64,000 bases of DNA from Catajapyx aquilonaris (Eukaryota): the NCBI GenBank assembly GCA_000934665.2, contig KZ538407.1, positions 1 through 64,000 on the forward strand. Reading direction: 5' to 3'. The notes beneath the pieces are model-generated. The model was not told the DNA's origin. It did no database searches and saw nothing but the letters and a program-made list of their open reading frames with translations. This document shows, piece by piece, positions 40,851 to 49,003 of the stretch; positions within the stretch are counted from its first letter, which is position 1, and each line of letters begins with the position of its first letter. The translations under genes and the position numbers were made by a program.

Positions 40851-41854
40851 CAGGGCTGGCTTTATGCATTTCCTTTTATAGGCCATTCACTTTGTGCCGC
40901 CCCTCCCCAACGCCACTCCTTCAATTTAATTATTTATACAAACTGTGTATGTGGTTTCGTGTTATAGGCCTAACCTAAATATCATAAATAGTCTGTGGGC
41001 CTATAAGAAAGAGTTTAAAAACATGGTAAATTACTAAATAACACTATTTTGTCCATGGAAATTTATTGCTTTTTTCATGTTCCTTAAGTCATTCGTAAGT
41101 CATAATGACTGTAATGACCATCCATTTTGTCTTCGATTTATTTTTGACATCTGGACAGTCAACAAACCCAAATCCTCCAATACAGCAGTTCTTCCCCAAT
41201 CAAGCGGGCCTAAATGTTGCTAGACCATCTCGGATTTTTCTGAAAATAATCACAGGTATACACACCTATGCCATAACACTGCATGTAAAGTTTCAGCCAA
41301 ATTGCGAAATACCACGGGGAAGGAAGAAATAGCGAAATTTTGTAAATGAGGCCTTTTGGGGGATATTTTTTTTTCGGGTAAAAACTGCTATATATTTGAG
41401 GACTTTGGTTTTTTTTTTATTGCCCCGAGGTCAAAAACAAATGGAAGACAAAATGACCTAAGGAACACGAATATGACGATGAATTTACATGGACCAAAAA
41501 TGGCCAAATTTTGTTGCATAGTGTAATTAAGGCAATTTACTAGTAATTAATATATTTCAACGAAATGAAGAACATGGGGCATTGTTTTCTCCCCATGGCG
41601 CAACGGATAGCTGGCCTGCGATTGGCTAAAACAGTCAATCACAGGCCAGCTCAGCTCTATTTTCAAAGTTCACCCCCAACGACTCGACTTATTAAATACT
41701 AACAGCCAGGCCTCCTCCTGCTAACATTGCCGCCCTAAAAAGTCATCCGGTTAATATCAGAGAAACAAAAATGTGCCGCCCCCGGCCGCCCCACAAAAAT
41801 TTGCCGCCCTATAGGCCACGGCCTACTGGGGGCCTATTGGTAAAGTCAGCACTG
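40851..41854. mobile_element. hAT-like non-autonomous element nested in the fold-back
   Basis: TIRs CAGGGCTGGCTTTA / TAAAGTCAGCACTG; imperfect 8-bp TSD CACTTTAG / CACTTTTT(AG); subterminal TGCCGCCC repeats. Confidence 0.7.
41030..41550. mobile_element. Degenerate inverted-repeat element nested inside the hAT-like element
   Basis: ~41030-41190 is an imperfect reverse complement of ~41380-41550. Confidence 0.55.
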
Positions 41855-42342
41855 CACTTTTTAGGTGCGTTTTTCATCCCTTGGGGGTGGCCTACCAAAT
41901 GTACCGAATTTCAAGAAAATCTGCGAGACCTTGGAAAGTGTCCCTTGTGAATGTTCGAGAGGTCATAACTTTTGACCTTGTGGACGTCCCGCCTAAATTG
42001 TTTGCATTTTCTTACCTGCCTATGTGCCAAGTTGCATTCAGAAAACTCCACTGACAACACTTACACTTCCCTTGTCAGTTATCCGATTCCCATTTTCAAA
42101 TATTGCGGTCAAGTTGACTCCCATATTAAAAAGGGGCGTCCAAATGGGTGGTTCAAATTCAAACGACGCGCCGTATTCAATTAACTGTGACGTCATGCCA
42201 ACTGTGCCTCTGTTCCTCCCCCCAATAAGATTTTGCTGTATAACTTGCATGTCAAATCGCTTCGTCTCAGAGGATTTTAAACAAAAACAAGTGCGTTCTT
42301 TAAATGTGATTATTTATAAAAATGTCAAATCGGGTGGATGTG

Positions 42343-42640
42343 GGTTGGCAATCCTGATGAACGACCGTTAATTTGTTGGCAACCCTGATGAACGGCCGTT
42401 AATGTGTTGGCAACCCTGATAGAACGGCCGTTAATGTGTTGGCAACCCTGAGAGAACGGCCGTTAACATGTTGGCAATCCTGATAGAACGGCCGTTAATT
42501 TGTTGGCAACCTTGATGAACGGCCGTTAATATGTTGGCAATACTGATAGAACGGCCGTTAATTTGTTGGCAACCCTGATGAACGGCCGTTAACATGTTGG
42601 CAACCCTGATGAACGGCCGTTAACATGTTGGCAACCCTGA
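42343..42640. repeat. Minisatellite, ~9.5 copies of a 31-32-bp unit TGTTGGCAACCCTGATGAACGGCCGTTAA(T/C)
   Basis: Directly visible head-to-tail copies with no unique spacers. Confidence 0.95.
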
Positions 42641-42858
42641 GGACGCCAATTTATCCGGCCCTGAGGCCGCCATTTTACACGCCACGGGGCTCCTGGAGTC
42701 TTTTACTGTCTCGTTCAGGGAAAGGAAAGGGAGATCAACAGGCGGGGAAGTAAGTTGGGGGTCAGAGGTCACACACACACACACACAGGCCAGAAGGTAG
42801 CTGAAGGAACACAGGTTAAGGTGGACTCTCTCTCTCTCCCCCCCTCCTCCCCCCCAGT

Positions 42859-44568
42859 ATGAGTGACTATAGAGAAGTGCATCGGGGAGGACAACAGTGG
42901 AGCTCAGATGCGCAGGCTGTCCACCACCAGGGGAAGGCCAACCTGGAGTTCCGCAAGAGGACCCTTATCATTCTGGGCACCGAGAGGTACGTTGGACTGG
43001 CAGTGGAATTATTGTTGGCAGGGTGATGAGCACTCTTTTACCTTGGTTGTTGCAGGTCCGGGAAGAGCCTCCTCAAGCAAGTGGCCTTTGATTGCGGGAC
43101 TGGCGGCGCTGCAGATCTGGTGAAAGTGGATGACCTGTCCTCCCGCACCTTCCTTCCCATGGTGGTGAAGGAGGTGCCGGGGGACTGGCAAAGGAAGCGG
43201 CTCAACACTGACCGCCTCCTAGGACAGTCCTCCGGAGAGTCTGGCGTTGTCGGAGCCATCATCTGCGTGGTTGGGGTGAAAGAAAACGTGATTAATTGAT
43301 TTCCTTGTTTACTGCAGTTCTGCTATGCTGACTATACTGTACATGCCACGATTTGTTTCATGCAGGACACCGATGCCACCATCTTCGCAATGATTGTCCA
43401 GATGGTTCAGGCACTAGAGGGAGGTAACCAGCCCGTCCTTGTGTATTACCTCCTCCACTGGCTATGCCAAGAGAGGCCAGACACTGTGATGAGAGTACGA
43501 CAGAAGATGAGGCAGCTACCAAAATCCAGGCTGTGCAGTGACTCCTACCCAGCACTGGAGTCTGTTCACTCCCGACATGGACTGATCATGTTTGGAAACA
43601 CGATCAGGCAAGAACTGTTCTATCAGGATCTGAAGGAAGTGAACAAGTACCTGGAGGAGCTGCTTATGGTGGGACATTACACTATGGTTGCCAGGGTTGA
43701 CACACCTCAGCTTCTCCACATTTTGACACGTGGACAGACCGTCATGTACTATAATTGCTTTGGCCACTTTATCCTGGTCTTGAAGCAACCCTTCACACAC
43801 ACCCACTTGCTGACCGTGGGGCCTGTGCGAAGGGTTGCTTCGAAACCAGGATAAAGTGGCCAAAACAATTTCAGCCCCATAGTACTCGAGGCTGCTGTTA
43901 TTGCTTTCAGAAATGCGGAGCAAACTCTGCTGCGCTAGTCGACAGCCAGACGAAGCTGACAATCACCATGCGGCCATTGACATACCAGAACCATTTGATG
44001 GTGGACTCTTACCGTGCAGCACCCACCAAACTCTACCAGCTGAAGGGGTAAATATCAGTGGGATTTTCCTCTCCTGATATTATTTTACAGGCCACTTTTT
44101 CCCCCCTTTCTGGCAGGAAGAAGAGCAAGGACATTGGCTCTATGGTTAGAGTGGATGGCGAGCTTGGGGTGGTTATGACGATTGTCCGCATACATGAGCT
44201 CCTCCTGCTTTGCCTTCTCTCCAACGAAGTAGGAGTAGGTAAGCTCAAATAGTTGTGGGTGCGTGGTGCCCACTAATTTGGGGGTGGTGCATCTGCACAG
44301 TTCAAGAGGAGGGAAGGAAGAGAAGGTTGAATCAAGTGCAGGCGGTAGGTTTGTTGCATATCCTTCAACTGCTTGCTGGGAGCAAACAATATTCAAAACT
44401 TTTCTCCCCTGCCCTCCTCTTCGGCTGTGGACTGGAAAGCGAGCCACCTTTTATACGATTTAATTTTGGATTTCCTTTATTCCAGAAGTCTCTAAGAAAA
44501 CTGTGTTGGAGCTCAATGAGCTTGCTTGCCATGCCCGCCATCCATTTCTCACCTGGCCACCGCCATAG
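42859..44568 (+). CDS. Divergent RagC/D-like protein, copy 2; exons 42859-42986, 43056-43287, 43366-43668, 43911-44047, 44117-44238, 44486-44568 (optional exon 44301-44438)
   Basis: TLIILGTERSGKSLLKQVAF (cf. RagC [19 protein letters not shown]), KVDDLSSRTFLPMVVKEVPGD (cf. [20 protein letters not shown]), KCGANSAALVDSQTKLTI (cf. NSGIEKAFLFDVVSKIYI). In-frame GT-AG junctions. Confidence 0.78.
43753..43870. mobile_element. Hairpin MITE family D in intron 3 of Rag-like copy 2
   Basis: Arms nearly identical to 38085-38216. Confidence 0.8.
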
Positions 44569-45569
44569 GGCTTATCCCAAGAATTTTCCTGTGAGCAAAG
44601 TCTTAGCCGAGCGACATCACTGAGTAACGTGATTAACAAATATTGTTTGAGATGAAAATCATTTCTTACTTTCACCTAAAACAATGGTTACTCAGCAATG
44701 TTATCGATCGGCTTTAGGCTTGTCTTTGATGAAAATAAAAAATAAAACTCAAAAGTTGTATTTTATGTTTGATAAATGTTTTCAGATTATGTCTAATGAC
44801 ACTTTCACATTACAATTAAAGCCTGTCTGTCCCTACTCGTGTGGTCACCCTCCTTCCACCTGATGCCTACCATATTATGCAGATGATGATGATGCACTAC
44901 CCGCCTTACAATGCGTCCCATTAACATGGTTGTTGAAGCATCCACTAAAAGCCAATGGCAGCAAGTTAAGGGTGTGTGGCAGGGGTCCGCTTCCCCTTTC
45001 ACCGAAAGGCGACCATAACCAAGAATCGGCTAGAAAAAGTCCCAGGAAATTAGACACTTACTGTAAATAACAATGATGTAGCCTAAAGTACAAAAGAAAT
45101 GCAAATAGGATAATCCAAGTATCTTTTGTTATTAGAAATTTCGCTCGAAGCTGTTATTTTGATGTACTTGTAGCTTGTTGCATGTAGCCATGGCAGCCAT
45201 GGCCGTGAAGTAAACAGTCCCTGCCAAATTATGGAGTGTCAACAATGGGGCACATTCTTTAATCTTGGTGGAGGTCATTCGACTGACAGCAGGAGACGGG
45301 GCATTAGAACAGATCTGATTATATCAGCATCTGCATCGTCGGTTCTGTGCTCACTCTTCCACTGGACACGGCAGCATCTGGTTCGGCCTCTCTCGTCGTT
45401 GGATCTGTCGCCATCAAGTGATGGACCACTTGTAAGCAGGACACAGCCTCATCTCTTTTTCTTCTCCAAACGACATTGTTGCTCCATTTATTATTGTTGT
45501 TGTTGAAGCGAGGACGAGAGTTGCATCTCGCCGAGTGGAGTGAGCGAGGCGTCGTCCCTTCCCAGTCCC

Positions 45570-47223
45570 ATGGACACCCCGTCGCCCGTGCCCTCCTCGC
45601 TGGACAGTCCGGTGCTGGGGGGTCCATTGGACGAAGGAGGAGGAGGTCATCTCCTCCCGCCTCCACCCTACAGCCCCATATCACCCATGGCCGTCCTCCT
45701 CATGTCGCCTTCCCTGCTGGAGGCAGCAGCCGCGGCCATGGACTGCCAGGACTGCCCGGTGGAGTGCAGCACACCGGACGCAGAGGAAGAGGACAAGCCC
45801 CGAAGCAGCAGCAGCAACAGGAGGAAGAAGAAGCAGCGGTTCTCATCGGAGACGTACCTGCGTCCGGACACGGGGGCCGTCCCCAAGAGCACCCTGTCCG
45901 CACCAGCAGCCGGCATCACCACGGCCTGGCCACCACCAGCACCTCCGTCTCCTCCCAACAACACCCGAAAGGGACCCAGGCCAGGACCCAGGCCGGTCGG
46001 GTACGGGAAACGCACGGTGGTCATCATGGGTCCTCACAGGTACAGCAGTGTCCACTTATGTCACCCGAGTGTTTACCACAAATAACCAATCCATCAGGAG
46101 CGGCAAGAGCACCCTGAGGCAGCAGGTGTTCCTAGGGGACAACGCCAGCTGCAACGGGAAGCCCCAGGACCACGACCTGTCCCACTCCAGCTACCTGCCC
46201 TTCGAGGTCAAGGAGCTTCCTGGCCACTGGTCCTCTTGGATCGAGCTGGTACACGCCTCCTGCTGCGGGGTCTTTGCCGCTTTCGTCGGGGTCGTCGACG
46301 TACACGTGAGTCTCCACCAACATATACCGTGTTAACTATTCAGATCTCGAACATGGTGCGCAGGGGGACCCGAGGCACGCCCTGGAGACTGTCCAGTCCA
46401 TGTCCAGCTGCATGGCCAAGTTCCCTGTCCCGGCCAGGGTCTTCTTCCTGCTCAACGCCTTCGAGACGGCTGAACCGGACAGCGTCCAGCAGGTGCGGGA
46501 CGCCCTGGCCATCCGTCTTCTGGAGGACCAGTCCCTGCGGAACGGACCGCTCCCTCCAGAGGTGTTCGTGGCATCGGTGTACGACGACAGCCTGCACCTC
46601 GCCTTCGAAGTCATCCTCCGCGGACTCTTCGCAGACGTCGTTCTCGCGCTGGACACGTTCCTCGCCCAGCTGATCCAGGTACTGTCTCACGGATTCACAT
46701 TGCCACACACTACAACAATGATGCCCTGCAGTCGTGTGGGGCCAGCTGCGCAGCCCTAGTGGACAGCCACACTCTTCTGACTGTCAGCAGGGCGCCCATT
46801 GACCTTCCAGAGAGTCCCGTCGTCGTCTCGGCCATTCGATCCGGTGCCAACACCCTCAGGATGGAGCACGGGTATGTGGACAATTGGAGTACTCCTTTGA
46901 GCATTGTTGCATTGATTGTTTCCACAGCCCTGCCGAGTGCCAGGAGGTCGGGTGCAGGTCAGAGAAGGAGATCCTCCAGGGGATTGTCCAGACGGCCTTC
47001 AGGGTGCACCGTCGGCTGGTGCTGGTCACCCTCTCGCACAAGGGAGCCGTCCTTGGTCAGTCTCCGCATGATCCGATCGGTACTGGTATGGTTCTAACAA
47101 TGTGCGGTGCTTCTTCCCGCAGATGTTCCAGCGGAGAAGATAAACCAGCTGAACGGACTGGCTCGCTCTCTGAAGAAGGCCATAACCACGCCACAACGGA
47201 CACCCACGTCCGACATAAACTAA
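45570..47223 (+). CDS. Divergent RagC/D-like protein, copy 3 (most canonical); exons 45570-46039, 46098-46305, 46364-46678, 46732-46871, 46928-47055, 47123-47223
   Basis: VVIMGPHRSGKSTLRQQVF, DHDLSHSSYLPFEVKELPGH, AAFVGVVDVH|GD, VFVASVYDDSLHLAFEVILRGLF (cf. RagC [23 protein letters not shown]), SCGASCAALVDSHTLLTVS, SLKKAIT. AATAAA at 47295. Confidence 0.82.
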
Positions 47224-47472
47224 GCACACACGTCATACGCAACAATTGTAACGTTGTAATTGTTTGTTCTTCACACGGATGTGCCCTGCCGATCAATAAA
47301 AATGATGTTCAGTTATCCCAATTAATGTTCGAAAACATTCGAATCGAGCGCCGTCTGTTGGCAACATCGGCCCCTTTCTGTTGGCACCCCTGCTGCATGC
47401 GACCAAAAGGAAAACAACGGAGCAACGTGGGGCGCACCTATTTTCTCTTCAGAACAACAAGAGGCAAAAAAG

Positions 47473-47961
47473 ATGGCCAAGTTGTTGGGACTGGACAAGC
47501 TGAAGAGGGCCTTTGACATCCTGAGGGAGAACGGGGGGATCAGGGCCTCCCTCTACAAGCTGTACAGGCAGGACGAGCTCAAGACGGGCACGCTGGTCGG
47601 TACGGACAAGTACGGGAACAAGTACTTTGAGAACAAGATGTACTTCTACGGTAAGCCGCTCTCTTCGCTCTCTTTCCAGTGGATGCCCCTTCAATTGCGG
47701 TTTCCGTTGACAGGTCGCAACCGGTGGGTGGAGTACAACGATGCTGTTGGGATGGATTACGACGGGAGCCAGGTCCCGGGAGAGTGGTTCGGATGGCTGC
47801 ACTACAAGACGGACGACCTCCCAACCAAGGTGGCCCCCGTGCAGTACAAGTGGATGCAGGACCACGTAGAGAACATGTCTGGGACGTCCGGTGCATACGC
47901 TCCCTACTCCACCACCACGCCTAAGATCGAAGGGTGGCAGCCAAAGAAAAAGTCCTCCTGA
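47473..47961 (+). CDS. NDUFA12: NADH dehydrogenase [ubiquinone] 1 alpha subcomplex subunit 12; exons 47473-47650, 47714-47961
   Basis: LYRQDELKTGTLVGTDKYGNKYFEN...GRNRWVEY...DGSQVPGEWFGWLHY...ENMSGT...YSTTTPKIEGWQP. 63-nt GT-AG intron; AATAAA at 48031. Confidence 0.96.
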   Translation: MAKLLGLDKLKRAFDILRENGGIRASLYKLYRQDELKTGTLVGTDKYGNKYFENKMYFYGKPLSSLSFQWMPLQLRFPLTGRNRWVEYNDAVGMDYDGSQVPGEWFGWLHYKTDDLPTKVAPVQYKWMQDHVENMSGTSGAYAPYSTTTPKIEGWQPKKKSS

Positions 47962-48749
47962 AGGATCAACCCTGTCCCCATAGGTTCCGCACATGCTGCG
48001 TCAATAGCCATGTACAGTCTAGTTGAAAGGAATAAATCTGATCCATTGATTTTGTAAAAGTAATGGGATTGCCGTTTCTCTCTGGCGATACTAAGGGACG
48101 CACCCGCTACATGTTACTCACCTTTTTGTGTAGTCCTGCTGGCACTCGGGTCGCGTTTGAAAGCCACACTGCCGTTTCGCAAGACTCCAGCTGTGATGAG
48201 AGAATGTTTCTGCTTACAAACTGATAGGGTATGTGTCATGCGTTGGGATGTAACTACAGTATTCCTTGTGGGATGGCTGGAACCACAACTGTGGTCTTCC
48301 CAACATGCGTTGGAATGATTTAAAAATTATACTGTCTAGACCACAAGTTACAGTAGATCGGTACAAATGCACACTTGAGGGATGCTTCTGAGCCAAGTTC
48401 GTACTCTCTTATCCTCCTCATAAAAGGTACGTCATTGTCAAGGTTTACATGGCAATGCAGTGCCACAATCACATAGGGCGACATAGGGTAACTATGGGTT
48501 GATAGAATAACCGCACACAGCCCAAGCGCATGTGCGATGTTGCACGTGTTCACGACCTTGAGAAACCTAGGATTTCAGAGGAAATGCAGAATCTTCAGGA
48601 GAAAGTGAAAATTTATATATCAGATTTCTCTTCCACTTAAATGACAATAATATTATTACAAGATGCATCGCCTCTAGGGTGGCGCGAGCAAGTAGAATAT
48701 GACCTCACATGCTTCGAAATCGATTTTGTGTAGCAATTTATGAATCAAG

Positions 48750-49003
48750 TTTAATCAATCATTTACATATCACTGATATCAGTCGCGACGACCCTCCACA
48801 GGTTACAGGCAAGACCTGTTGTGGCCCGAATAAAGGTGTGCAGCGGCTGTGGCCTATTATTTAGGGAGAAATCCCGGAATTCTCCTGGGGGGACTGTGGG
48901 AAACCACAGAAAACCACGGTTAGGATTGCCGGCCTCGGGACTTGAACCCAGGACCTCCCGATTAGCAGTCGAACACCTTATCCACTCCACCAAACTGCTT
49001 CGG
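48750..49003 (-). mobile_element. tRNA-derived SINE
   Basis: On the minus strand: A box GGTGGAGTGG, anticodon-like arm with GCT, B box GGTTCAAGTCC, then a GTTTTCTGTGGTTTCCC...GAATTCCGGGAT body and a short GATT-repeat tail. No intact acceptor stem. Confidence 0.75.

Larger units (their letters stand above)
40520..42075. mobile_element. Fold-back DNA element with >200-bp arms, interrupted by nested insertions
   Basis: 40520-~40738 is the reverse complement of ~41855-42075. Confidence 0.85.

Noticed and set aside
42343..42640. CRISPR-like array or tandem hammerhead ribozymes (CTGATGA in most units)
   Set aside because: Units are head-to-tail with no unique spacers, the context is eukaryotic with no cas genes, and no GAAA/stem III hammerhead core follows CTGATGA.
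48925..49003. Functional tRNA-Ser(GCT)
   Set aside because: No paired acceptor stem or long variable arm, and it runs into a SINE-type body and tail.
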